Source: Stylophora pistillata (Eukaryota). From it: a stretch of DNA of 64,000 nt. The stretch spans positions 505,251 to 569,250 of the forward strand of contig NW_019217800.1 in NCBI RefSeq assembly GCF_002571385.2, read 5' to 3'. A program made the position numbers and the translations under genes. Below the pieces are notes generated by a model, which saw only the letters and a program-made list of their open reading frames with translations, did no database searches and was not told the DNA's origin. This document shows, one piece after another, positions 47,432 through 60,463 of this stretch. Positions within the stretch are counted from its first letter, which is position 1. Every line of letters begins with the position of its first letter.

Positions 47432-50400
47432 TTTTGGCCACTACTGCCCGATTTGCGATTTTGACCACTAGTGGCCAATTTCCCATTTTGGCCACTAGTG
47501 GCCGATTTGCAATTTTCCCCACTAGTGCTCAATTTGCAATTTACCCACTACTGGCCGATTTGCGATTTTAGCCCCTAGTGGCCGATTTCCGATTTTGGCT
47601 ACTAGTGGCCCATTTACCATTTTTCCCGGTAGTAGCCCATTTCCAATTTTGGCCACTATATTGCCGCATTTCCCATTTTGATCATTACTTGCCGATTTCC
47701 CATTTTGGCCATTAGTGGCCAATTTCCCATTTTGCCCACTAGTATTTGCCATTTTGGCCACTAGTGCCTAACTTGCTATTTTGGCTAGTAGTGCTCGCTT
47801 TGCTATTTTGGCCACTCCTGGCCGATTTGCAATTTTCGCCACTACTAGAAAATTTGCCATTTTGACTACTAGTGGCCGTTTTGCGATTTTTGCCACTAGT
47901 GGCCGTTTTGCGATTTTGACCCCTGGTAGTCTTTGGCAATTTTTGCTCCTTTTCCTTCCTTGCAATTTCAAAGTGGCCGATTTGCGATTTTAGCCACTAG
48001 TGAACCATTTCCGATTTTCGCCACTACTGCCCTATTTGCAATTTTGGCCACTAGTCGACGATTTGCCATTTTGGCCACTAGTAGACGATTTCCGATTTTG
48101 CCCACTACTGGCGGATTTGTGATTGTGACTACTAGTGGACAATTTGCGATTTTGGCCACTAGTGGACGATATGCGATTCTGGCCACTAGTGGACGATTTG
48201 CCAAGTTGCCAGTAGTGGACGAATTGCGATTTTAGCCACTAGTGGACGATTTGCGATTTTGGCCACTAGTGGACGATTTCCGATTTTGGCCACTAGTAGA
48301 CGATTTCCGATTTTGACCACTAGTGGCCGATTTGCCATTTTGGCTACTAGTGGCGGATTTCCCCTTTTTCACCACTAATGGCCGATTTGCGATTTTTGCC
48401 ACTGGTGGAAGATTCGCCATTTTGGCCACTACTCGCCGATTTGCGATTTTCGCCACTAGTGGACGATTTGCCATTTTCGCCACTAGTGGACGATTTGCCA
48501 TTTTTTCCACTAGTGGATGATTTGCAATTTTCGTCACTCGTGGACGATTTGCCATTTTGTCCACTAGTGGCCGATTTTCCATTTTAGTCACTAGTGGACG
48601 ATTTGTCAATTTGCCCACCACTGGGCGACTTGCCATTGTGGCCACAAGCAGACGATTTGTCATATTGGCCACTAGTGGACGATTTACAATTTTGGCCACT
48701 AGTGGAGGATTTGCCATTTTGGCCACTAGTGGACGACTTCTCATTTTGGCAACTACTGGAGGACTTACCATTTTCGCCACAAGTGTACGATTTGCCATTT
48801 TCGCCACTAATGTACGATTTACCATTTTGGCCACTACTGGACAATTTGCCATTTTGCCCACTTGTTGACAATTTCCAACTTTGGCCACTAGTGGACAATT
48901 TGCCATTTGGCCACTAGTGGACGATTTGCCAATTTGGCCAGCAGTGAACAATTTGTCATTTTGGCCACTAGTAGAGGATTTGACAATTTGGTTACTAGTG
49001 GAAGATTTGCCATTCTGGCCACTAGTGGACGGTTTGCCATTATGGCCACTAATGGACGATTTGCAAATTTGGCCACAAGTGGACGATTTGCCATTTTGGC
49101 TACTACTAGACGATTTGCCATTTTGGCCACTAGTTGACGGTTGGCCATTTTGGCCACTAGTAGAAAATTGTCCATTTTGGCCACTAGTGGACGATTTGCC
49201 AATCTCGTTACTAGTGGACGATTTGCCATTTTGGGCTAGTGGAGGATTTCCCATTTTGGCCACTACTAGACGATTTCCCATTTTAGCCACTTGTGGATGA
49301 TTGGCCATTTCGGCCACTAGTGGAAGATTGCCCATTTTGGCCACTAGTAAACGATTTGCCATTTTCGCCACTACTCGACGATTTACCATTTTCGCCACTA
49401 GTGGACGATTTGCAATTTTGACCACTAGTAAAGGATTTATTATTTTTGCCTCTAGTGCAGGATTGGCAATATTGGCCAGTAGTGGACGATTGGCCATTTT
49501 GCACACTAGTGGACGATCTCCCCCTTTTGCCACTACTGGACGATTAACAAATTTTGCCAGTAGTGGACGATTTGCAATTTTGGCCACTAGTGGACGATTT
49601 CCCATTTTGGCCAGTAGTGGTCGATTTCCCATTTTGGCCACTAGTGGACGATTTTCCAATTTGTCCACTAGTAGACGATTTTCCAATTGAGTACTAGTGG
49701 ACGATTTTCCATTTTGGCCAGTAGTGGACGATTTGCCAATTTGGCCACTAGTGGACGATTTTCCACTTTGGCCACTAGTGGACGATTTGACATTTTGGAC
49801 ACTAGTGGAGGATTTGCCAATTTCGTTACTAGTGGATGATTTACTATTTTGGCCACTAGTCGACGTTTGGCCATATTGGCCACTAGTGGACAATTTGACA
49901 TTTTGGACACTAGTGGAGGATTTGCCAATTTCGTTACTAGTGGACGACTTGCCATTTTGGCCACTAGTGGACGATTTGCCAATTATGGCCACTAGTGGAA
50001 GATTTGCAACTTTGGCCACTAGTGGACGATTTGCCACTTTCGCCACTAGTGAACGATTTGTCATTTTGTCCACTAGTGGACGGTTTGTCATGTTGGCCAC
50101 TAGTGGACAATTTTCAATTTTCGCCACTAGTGGCCGATTTTCCAAGTTTGCCACTAGTGGACCGTCGATTTGCTATTTTCGGCACTGGTGGACGATTTGT
50201 CATTTTGTCCACTAGTGGACGGTTTGGCATGTTGGCCACTAGTGGACGATTTGCTATTTTGGCCCCTAGTGGACGATTTGCGAATTTGGGCAGTTGTGAA
50301 CGATTCTCGATTTTGGTTCCTAGTGGATGTTTTGCCATTTTGTCCACTAGTGGCCGATTTGATATTTTAACCACTAGTGTCGGATTTGCCATTTTGACCA

Positions 50401-51120
50401 TTTTTGGACGATTTGCCAATTTTTCCAGTAGTAGCGGTTTTGGGATTTTGGCCACTAGTTGCAGATTTGCCATTTTTTTTTTAATAGTGGCAGATTTCCT
50501 ATTTTAGTCACAAAGTGGCGGACTTTTCATTTTGGTCACAATGTGACTGATTTGCCATTCTGGTTACTTGTTTCTGGTTACGATTTGCGATTTTGGCCAC
50601 CAGTGGCCGACTCGCGATTTTGGTCACTACTCGTGCTTTTGCCGTTTTTGCCACGAGTGGACGATTTGCCATTTCTGCCACTAGTGCCGATTTTCTATTT
50701 TGGCCAGAACTGGACGATTTGCAATTTTTGCCACTAGTGGACGACTTACAATTTTGGCCACTAGTGGCTGATTTGGCATTTTGGGCATAAGTGGATGATT
50801 TGCAATTTTGGCTACAAGTAGGCGATTCGCTATTTTGGCCAATAGTGGCCGATTTGACATTTTGGTTACTTGTGGACGATTTGCATATATGGCCGCTAGT
50901 GACCGACTCTCGATTATGGTCACTAGTGGTGCTTTTGCCATCTTGGCCAGTAGTGGTCGTTTTGCCATTTTGGCCAAAAGCGGCTCTTTTGCCTTTCTGG
51001 CCACTAATGGTTTATTTGCGATTTTAGCTATTAGTGGCCCATTTGTCATTTTGGCAACTAGTGGCCGAGTTGTGATTATGACCGCTAGTGCAGTGGCCGT
51101 TTTACGATTTTGGGTTTTGG
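47432..51120. repeat. 27-bp tandem array (~135 units), consensus TTTTGGCCACTAGTGGACGATTTGCCA
   Basis: Periodic CCACTAGTGG palindrome every 27 nt. It produces the 9-aa repeat ORFs (MANRPLVAK, GKSSTSGQN, FWPLVDDLP, ILATSGRFA) on both strands. Confidence 0.97.
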
Positions 51121-53827
51121 ACACCAGTTGGTAACAGGCAAAATTAAGATTATATGAAGCCTAGTTTAACCATTGTAGGACACTAGAGGATAGACTGCTC
51201 GATAGACAGTGATGTTCTTAAGTTAGTGTCCACAAGTTATCATTACTATTACTATGGTTATCATTATTGTTAATATGTTGTTTTTTTTCTTCCGCTTTTC
51301 ATCGAGCATGTGGGATGCGGCAGTACTAGCCATATGCAGTCTGAACTGCTCTATTTTTTTTTTTATAGTAATGGCGCTGTTGATGTTGTGTTTCCGTCCG
51401 AAAGGAATCAAGGACACTTGCAAGTTCAGTCATTTTTCTGGATGCACCTAAGGCGCTTTATCCCTAAAATATAAAAAAACTACAACTAAAACCCTATTAA
51501 GTTATTTATTGACAAAATTTAATTATATACACAAACGATAACGCAAAGCTCGTCTTGAGAATAGATTTCCGATGCCTCCATGGGCTAATTTTTTAATAGA
51601 AGAAGTTTAGAATGTTTAGTGCAGGAGCCAGTGTGTTTACGTCCACGCCCTCGACAATCCTTATACATATAGGCAGAGTTTCCGATTGTTGTTAATCAAT
51701 CGCAGATGCCACAAAAATCTTTCTCTCTCTACTTGACAACGACGCCCTCGAAAACCGCAGGCCCGGCGCGCTGAAAAACTTCATATAATCTCATTTTTCG
51801 AGTGTGATGGAAAACTAGATAAATGGGGCCTTGAAGACACTTACAATGTCTTTTATGGTTCTTTAGGGGAGAAAAACGAAGAAATAAGAAAATTTATTAA
51901 GACTTTTATCCTGGTTGAGAGCAAAATAGAAGATTTTTTCATAATATGAAGATAAAGTATGACACTTTTTTTACCAGAGAACTGAAGCTTACGAAATTAA
52001 AGCGAGGGCAAATTCCTCTTATATCGTGGCCTTCCGTAGTTTGGTTTTATATCATTCGAAATGTGTCTTGAAATTGACTGGATAAGCTATCATGAAATAT
52101 TTATTCCCAAAGCCTGCACAGAATTAAATTAAATTGGATATTGGTTGAAGATTATCTTTGTCCATGAAATATCATTTATACAGAATACCTCTTGATAGTT
52201 TTCGACGTACGAAAACATTTAAGCAGTTTTCACTTTTTTCTGTTCGTGTTTTGACTGAAATTTCAAAAAGGAGGGCTAAAATCTTCCATGAATTGATAAA
52301 GTTGTATCTAAGAAGTTGTTTTGCGGGAAGGGAAACTCTACTCTTGTTGCTGAAAGAATAAATTTTTAATCGGACAGTTTTGATAAGAACAATTTTCTTT
52401 TGAATAGTTAATAATGATTTTTCCACTTCTTTTCACATTCGTCTTTCTCACGGCTTATTTCGTTGAACGAAAGAACAAACGATTTTACGGGTTTTCCTCA
52501 ACGTTGACATTATACTGACAGTATTGCATTTTTTTGGATCCCAGTTACACACATAGCAAATGTATAAAACGATCGGTCACTTGAACCAAGAACATGCACT
52601 TGAATTTTATTGAATTTGCTTAAACACAAATGCAAGATATATACTCTTATATCATCATATGGTCATATCGTCAATACTTGACAAGTTCACGCCGAAAAAA
52701 AGGAAACTTTTATCAACAATCTTTTCCAGTTGTTACTTATCTTCTAGGTTTGACTGCGGTTTAGGTTAATTATTTCAGAATTAACCAATTTTCGTCATCC
52801 ATCGTTTTCGGAAGCAGTGGTTCCTCTGGTTTCCCGCGGTTTATTTCGCATTCTGATCGCAACAGAGAGTGCGAAATGAATGTGAGTTCGTTGATATATT
52901 GCGCGGAAACACGCACCAATACCTTCTCGCTAAGACATTGCTTTTTTTTTTGTCTTTTTTTTTTTTTTCGGTCAGTAAGTCCTTCCTCATAGCAAAATTT
53001 CCAGATTGATTGTTTTCTTTGGAAGATGTTTATCCAACGTAAATCATGAAGCATATGAGAGAAGGACACACGGCGTCTTGCAAAAAGATATTAAATTCGA
53101 TAACGAAAAATAACTGTTTCAGAAGTTTTTGTCACATCAAGAGACTTTTCTTCCGATTTTCCCATCGGGGTCACCATATACAATTTAAAATTCTGTTTGT
53201 ACTTGCTTGCCTCGCTTGCTTTGTTTAGACTGGAGTTTGGTTCTCATAAAAATGAGGCCGATCTCGAAAAAAAAATTCATCGACGGCTTCATAACACCGA
53301 ATAGATATTTTTAATTCCGTATGAACCTAATTAGTAAAATTGGTTTACATTTGCATATGTACCTTTACTTTCATAGTCTTCAATTAAACAAGTGAATTTC
53401 GCTTCGATTCACCAAAGCTATGTTTTTTTCGATTAACTTCTAATATGTTAGTTTGTTATAACTGTTACAAAACAAATAAAGGAATCTCCCAGCGTTCGTT
53501 AATATGCTTCTCAAACTTGGCTTTTAAACAGTTTTCAAATTGAAAAAACAGTGTCAGTTGGGAAGACTTGCGAAATAATCTCGAATAATCAAGAACAAAA
53601 TTCAAATCAGGATCGATGACCATGAAAAATTTAAGGATATTTACTTCTTTGTCTCTACAACTTAAGCTTTCTGGAAGTAATCCACAAGGCTTTTATGCGT
53701 CTTCGCAGTTCAAAATCAAGGACGTCTGTAAAAGAAACCACAGATTTCTTCAAATGAAGAGTGGTAGTGATTACTGAAGCGTGAAGCAGTAAACAAAGCG
53801 AAACACGCTGTAAAGTTACGTAATTAT

Positions 53828-54490
53828 CTATTCAGTTGATTCACCAGAAGCGCCTTCTTTACCCGGTTTCTTCTCTGCTAAAGAAGGCTGAGGATCAGCT
53901 ACAAGCAATACTTCATTGTGACGGCCAAACAGCCGGAAAGGTGGATCATGGCCGGCTGCAATGTACATATTTTTCACATAACCCTTGCCGTCTCTCTCCA
54001 AGGCCTCTTTGAGCTTCTTCTCGTTTTCTCGCCAATCCTTGTCCTTCGCGAAACCGCCAAAACCCGATGCATACATCACACAGCCGTCAACTTTCTCATG
54101 GAACACCGATTTATCTTTAGGTACTGGAGGTGTGGCTTGGAACTCGGCTGGGGTGTAAAAAGACATAGTGAAGGCCTCACATTTTCCTTCGTTGTCGAGT
54201 TCGACCTGGGAATAAACAGGCACAGTCATGGCTATTTTCTTTCCCCCCTCGTTCTCTCCCCTGATGTAATTGAAGAGCCTCCAGAATCCGGTACTTGAGC
54301 AATTTTCTAGGTTGCCTTCTTCAAATCTTGTCTTGACCCAATGGGAGTCTTCATACAAGCGTACTTCGTAACCATCGTTGTGTTCGAGAACTTTGTAGCG
54401 CGGGCCTTCGGAGCCCCGGTAACTTTCGGGAATGTGGAATTCGCTCGTGTCTACCTTCGGTTTTTCTTCGCCTTTCAACCAATTCAACAT
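53828..54490 (-). CDS. SOUL family heme-binding protein (HEBP2-like), intronless, 220 aa
   Basis: SOUL motifs: PRYKVL..GYEVRLY..SHWV, GFWRLFNYIRGEN..KIAMTVPV, TMSFY.P..Q..PP.P.D..VF, Y.SGFGGFA, AG.DPPF.LF.RHNEV. GC-richer coding composition. Confidence 0.93.
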   Translation of the reverse strand: MLNWLKGEEKPKVDTSEFHIPESYRGSEGPRYKVLEHNDGYEVRLYEDSHWVKTRFEEGNLENCSSTGFWRLFNYIRGENEGGKKIAMTVPVYSQVELDNEGKCEAFTMSFYTPAEFQATPPVPKDKSVFHEKVDGCVMYASGFGGFAKDKDWRENEKKLKEALERDGKGYVKNMYIAAGHDPPFRLFGRHNEVLLVADPQPSLAEKKPGKEGASGESTE

Positions 54491-54979
54491 GGCTGCTTGA
54501 GTATTTAGGGCGACAAGAAATACTACGACTTAATCGGCGAGAGATCACTGCGAGTGATCGTCCTTACAAGTGCCACGGTAAGTTTGTCCAATCGCCGATT
54601 GCGTTACACAGGTTACTTGTCTCCGTGACGGTATAACGTGACTATTCCCCAACCACCAAACTTCAACTTGAAGGAGGGTAAATATCTTTTAAAAGGTTTT
54701 TTTTTAGTTTTAAGGTCACCTTTTGACAACCATAACTTTTGATTCTTCCATTCTAACCTTCAGGTGTAGCGATAGAAAGAGGGAGACTTGGGTCAGGTCG
54801 AAGAAAAGAGGGAGGCATGGGTCGGGTCGCGTGAAAAAAGGAGAGAAACTAGGGAATTTCATGAATGGCCCACAAAGCAAGGGGACGAAAAAACTGACTT
54901 TCTGGGTGGAGCATAGTTTTATCTTCATTCCTAAAATTTGACTCGGCTTAATGATGAGTAATTTTTGCGTGATTTTTCT

Positions 54980-56500
54980 GAGTTTGACTAATGGTCGTGG
55001 GTCGTGGGTACAAGTCGTGAGTCGTGGGTGTGGGTAAAAAAAGTCGTGGGTGTGGGTAATGCATAACAATTAATAGTTAAGAGCTCATATTTAATAATGT
55101 TAATAGTACCACTACTGATAGTTACTGTTATTTTTGTAAGGGAAAAGGGTTTTTTCGGGATCGTGAAGGGCCCTTTGGCTGGTTTTAAACGTGATTTGGT
55201 TATATCGCCGTGAACGTTGAATCGCCTTAACTTCATGGAAATTGCGAAATGACTGGCTTTTTTCGCGAAACGTGCCTTGAACCGTTGTTATTCTTCTTTT
55301 CCCACAAATTTATCCTGTAAGCGTCTCAAAACAAGACGTGAAACATAACTGTCATTAGTTACCGTGAAGTAATAGCCGGGAGTACCTCTCGACGAACAAT
55401 GAAATGTATGTTTCTTGAGTACGTCACATTTCGCAACCCTGCAGAGTCTGGTCTTTGTCAGATAAGAAATGAATCGTTTAAAAATTGAAATTATTAGAAC
55501 CTCTTTATTTATTAATTTACTTATCTCAATAATTCTTCATATCTAGTTTATTTTATGATTTAGAAAAGGACCTGGCCAGTTAAATGGACGAAGAAAAATT
55601 TTAAGATTGTATTAATTGGTTCTTCGTTTAATTTCTTGTCACCGATGCCAGTTGTCATGACCAATTTAACATTGGCTTGCGATTTCAGGTTGTCGATTGT
55701 ACCGCACACTGGATCAGAGGTTTTATATTTTCGTGCCTTGGAAAAACCTTGGAGCCAACATCTCCAGACCTGCAACTAACGTTGCAACGTTGCTATCTAT
55801 ATATCGGCTTATCTTGCAACAGTTCGCTGTTTCACTTCATTTTTTTTTTCTTAGATGCGGGGTAGATGATACGCGATACGGAGATGACAATTGATAAAGC
55901 ATTCGGCTCTTTGTCTGAATGTCATTGATCAATACAAGCTTTATTTTCCCTGACCAGCAGAGGGATATACTTTAATTTTACTTTTGAAACTTCATTTATT
56001 TTTAACCGGCACTGACAGCACAATTTAATTTTAATTCAAGAACACGGCTAATAGCCGTGTTTCTGATCCTCGAAGCTTCTTTCATGTTCTGAAAACGTTG
56101 TTCTTTTTTAAGTTTAACACTTCTCTCTTTTCAGTGTAAGATTATTTTTTTTGTGTGTTGATCAAGCGTTTGACCTGAACAAAACTCCTCAAACTCTTTG
56201 GAATGACCCTCATTTTGAGAGATTACATCATCCTGCAAATAATGGCTTTGTCTTTGATTTCACTTTTCTTTTTGAGTGAAATTAGTTAACTCTGTTGGAT
56301 GAAATTAATGAAATACTAGGCTCACTAAACCGAGCTTATACAATAACAAGGGTTGTATAATATTTATGTATTGTTATAACTAATATTTTAAATGATTACT
56401 ATTATTGCTAAGTATTAATCACACCCACGACTTTTACCCACACCCACACCCACGACCCACGACTTATACCCACGACCCACGACTTATACCCACGACCCAC
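54980..56500. mobile_element. Non-autonomous TIR element with (GTCGTGG)n subterminal repeats, right end truncated
   Basis: GTCGTGGGT repeats at 54993-55057 are mirrored by ACCCACGAC repeats at 56420-56500. The matching terminus and TSD are not found. Confidence 0.6.
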
Positions 56501-58137
56501 TCGTTCAAATGATTCCGGATGTTATTGTTTGTGTAGTCGATTAAATTAGAGTGTTGACTCATTTTTTCCTTTCATCTAGGATAGCATTTTTCCCTCTTGG
56601 TGTTCACATATTTTATTTCCGTTTTCGCACGAAAGGCGGCAGATTTATCCCTGAGGGTATCAGTTGCAAAGTTATTTTTCTATCTTGTGTCACTCGGCGC
56701 CAGAAATTCTCATATGTATATCAGTAGAGTCTCTATCAAACCCAGATGATTAGCTATTTTTGTAAAGCGTGCTTAAATTAAACTACATTTAGATGTTATC
56801 GATTTGTGTCTTTATATGGAGGCCAAAGAGCTATTTCAAACGAAAGAAAAAAAAGCCATTTCTTGGATAGAGTTCAGTCGAGATCGTGTAGCGTTGATTG
56901 AAATCACTGATACCAGAGAACAAGCGGAAACTGAAATACAGCGAGCGATAAAAACATCCAAGAGGCAGATACTTTTTTTATCAGTCAACTCTAGCTCTAA
57001 CTTTATCAGTCAACTCTACTCTAGCTTCCAAGCCTGGAACTTTTTGTTATTTAGTTATTGTTTTTTTTGTTTTTTTGGTTTTTTGGTTTTTTGTTTTTTG
57101 TTCTTTTTTTGTTTTTGTCGTCCAGGGATCGCGTATTGATCAACATGAAACATCGTGCTGAAAGTTGGATACGGAATTCGATGTCAAGTACTTCCTCAAT
57201 CCTAAAACCAGTGATTCTAAAGTGGTCTGGAGTAATTCTTACCATTTGATCATCTCATATTGAAAGAGCGCGACTGACACGTATGGCTAAAAGCTTGAAA
57301 CTATTTTTCAGAGCTCAGAATTTGTTGGAACTGTGCAAAAAGCATCCCACGACATTCATCTTCATACAAGTATAGAGTACTTGAAATGTTTGTTCAATAG
57401 ACCCTAGGAGATATGATTGTTTGGCGCGTGGTGTGAAAGAAGTAATTGCTTACTGGTGGCTGTTTGTGTGGAGTCATGATGGGAAATCGGAAATGTTTAC
57501 ATGTTAATAAACCACTAACAAACAGATAAATACCATTATATCTCTACAATTTCGTGTCTTTTGCAGCCTACGAGTGAGGAATAACTAATAAAAAAAATCC
57601 GACTAAGTAAAAATTTCGTGAACTTCCCACCGTGTTTGTGGCCTATTGACGTTACCTGTTGGCACAAGGACATGTAATATAAGTTTCGGAAACGACGGAA
57701 CGTTACCGGGTTACATTATTTTATAGGGTTCGGGCACGATCTCCTTCAAACCGGCAGCAGAAAATCAAACTAGGTTGCTTATCTCTATTTCACAATGAAC
57801 ATTCACTTAGTTTTGACTAATTTGTAGAGCAATGAAAATGATTTTTTACAAATTTCATCTCACGCCCCTTATCTTTCGGTGTCATTGGTCCTGTAATCTT
57901 CAAATGCTAATCAAGTTTGTTCGCTGTAAACACTGCCAAGTGTCACAACATGCCTATCTCCGAACTTCAACCCTTAAGTCTTGATGACGTAAATCGCGTA
58001 ATTAGCTCCAACATTCAGATATAAAGGCTCGAGCTTGTGAACTAACTGCGTGCAGGATAACCAACTGAGAGCGAGGCAATACTCACGTCCGTATCAAAAG
58101 GGTCAACAACTTGTCGTATCCAGAGAAAATAGAGTTT

Positions 58138-59212
58138 ATGGCTTGTCTGAAAGAAATTACTGCGTTTCTGTTTCTTGGGTTCTTGCTGGATTTCTCAAGC
58201 GCAAGATTTAATGATGAAAGTAGGTAAAATTACATTTGAAAACAAACACACACCACGCTTCTAACAAAAACAACTTCCTCTAGTTACAAGATTTCCTGGT
58301 ATCACTCAAATACACCCGCACTTCAATTAGTTTTAATACTTTTGCGATACTCATGAAGAAAAACTGTTTAAATTCAGCGTCATTAAATTTTATTTTCAGA
58401 GCTCACAGTGTTCGGCATAGACCAAAACATGGGTAGGACACAAGAGCGGTTGTTACTCAATTCATGGATGGAATCAGAGAGATTGACTTTTGGAAGGTCA
58501 AAACGTCAAACTAAATCAAAGAAGAGGACCTCGACATATCGTTTGCCATATTTCCCCCTGTATCCAATGGACTTACCAGGTAATTGTTCAACTATTGCCC
58601 AGTAATATTTATTTCAAGGAAGCGATTCGTGTTATGTTTTTGACGATGGCGTGCATTATCGGAAGTGAATCTTTAATTTTCAAACGATTTACCCATCTGT
58701 TCCGCAAAGGGTACATCTTCTTATCAAGTATTCATTAGCGATGACGATTTGCAGACACTCTTACTCAGCGTAAAGAAATAAGAAGTTTTTCCCATCTATA
58801 ACTTTGGTATTTTTATTTATGTACACGAATTTTTAAAATAAGATTCAATCTGCTCTACATGCTCCCATTGATTTTTTTTACACATGATATTCTGTAAACC
58901 TCTCTTTGCATGCGTTCCATTTTGAGATCAAAGAAATCTGCCGCCATACCTTCTCGCAATTTCTCGGTTCAAACCTTAATTAATTCAAATGGCGCTTACA
59001 TTTTAGCCATTCAGTATGGCGAAAACTATAAATCTCATTTTTAAATTATTCGTCAACTGATATGTCAAAATTGTCTCTGTTGTTTCTATTTTCAATAATT
59101 TGTTCTATATTAGTTCTATCTTTTAGTGGTTGCCACAACGACAACGAAGTTTAACTTACACTCGGTGATAAGAATGTCGTCACAGGATAATAAATCCATT
59201 AGGAAAAGTTGA
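58138..59212 (+). CDS. Putative small secreted precursor protein (3 exons, ~115 aa), no recognised family
   Basis: TATAAA at ~58020. Exon 58138-58219 encodes a signal-peptide-like MACLKEITAFLFLGFLLDFSSA (donor GTAGGT). Exon 58400-58579 is 180 nt, phase 1-1, and contains RSKR and KKR. Exon 59127-59212 ends in TGA. AATAAA at ~59546. Confidence 0.55.
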
Positions 59213-60463
59213 AGTGATAAATCTTCCTTTCCTTAAATTTGTGAACTGACTTCAAAGGGTGAAAATTAAAACTTAGTGGAAGCAAGTCCGGAAACACTAA
59301 GCCAACAAATGTTTATTACGGGATTAGCCTTGATCTCACTTTTACCCTAAATGGAATTACGCAAGCTTTTAAAACAATGTACCGAATCTCCTCTAATCTT
59401 ACAATAATGTGAGAACTACGAGAATTTTGATCAGATCTAGTTTAACTCATCAACATCGTATTGAAACAGACAAAGCTAAGAATCCTAGAACAAGTGTGTT
59501 TGACAAGCTTCATAACATGATACGTGAAGTGTGATGAGTTTTCGTAATAAATCTTTTCTTTCTTCACTACTGTCTTTGTTGTGAAAAAGACTCTTAATAA
59601 TGAACTGCGGATTACCATAGCCGAGCAAGGTTATCGTTCATCGCAAAGAGAAACAGTCACTTCAAAATAATGTTCTGAAATGTTGGTAGAGGAAAAACTC
59701 CATTCCTGATGTCCATTCCTTACCCAGCAGACTTAACAGACCGAAACTCGATAAGAATTCAACTGATCAGTGTTCATCAACAAAGTATTAGGTGTACTAA
59801 GACCCTGAAAGAATTCTAAGACGAGTTAATCAATACGCAGGTGACTAACACGAGCGAGTATGTGCAGAGAGCATTCTACTTAATTAAGAGCTGTCAACAT
59901 ATTTAATCTTCTACCAACTCGGCGGATTTCCCACCAGAGAAAGGTAAAGACGAGAGAGTGACAACAGCAATGTAGTTTACTTGAGTTTGTATGGTTGATA
60001 TGCTCTGCTGTGCGGCTCAACTCATGTTTACATTCCAAACATTTCTCCACGTCTAGCTCGTTTCGAGCAGGGCACTTTTGAATCAGATCAGATCAACTAC
60101 AACATCCGGTTCGTTTCCGATGATCACCAACCTGTAAAATTTTTTGTCTCATTTTTGTACATAAACACCAAATATCTAATTTTTCACTTTCTAAGGGACG
60201 TAATATTGAAAGTAAAATTTACCCGAACGGCTTGTGTGAAAGATCGTGTTGTTTTTAATAACCTTTGCAAACACGAGGAAACGATATGCTCTACTGTGAC
60301 TTTTGATGGAACTATGGCATGAAAATATGTTTTTTGCTTCCTCTATAGTCTGAGTCGAATCACTTTTCTTCAGTAATTGCTGCTGGTATGAAGTAATTCT
60401 TTGAATTTGCTTGAGCTATTGTGCTACGTACCTATTACATACGCCCATCCACAACTAACTAAA

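Noticed and set aside
48232-50154. 640-aa repeat ORF and the many overlapping ORFs at 47.5-51.1 kb as real proteins
   Set aside because: The open frames follow automatically from a 27-nt unit with a single palindromic stop. The ORF switches between the MANRPLVAK and GKSSTSGQN registers through indels, so there is no sign of frame selection.
47432-51120. CRISPR array or CTCF-site cluster
   Set aside because: There are no unique spacers and no cas genes, and the context is eukaryotic. GGCCACTAG-TGG is one base short of the CTCF core, and CTCF is considered bilaterian-restricted.
53918-54298. Plus-strand ORFs opposite real exons (also 19999-20319, 18237-18455, 4750-4932)
   Set aside because: These are antisense shadows of SOUL, FBXO22 and S6K coding sequence.
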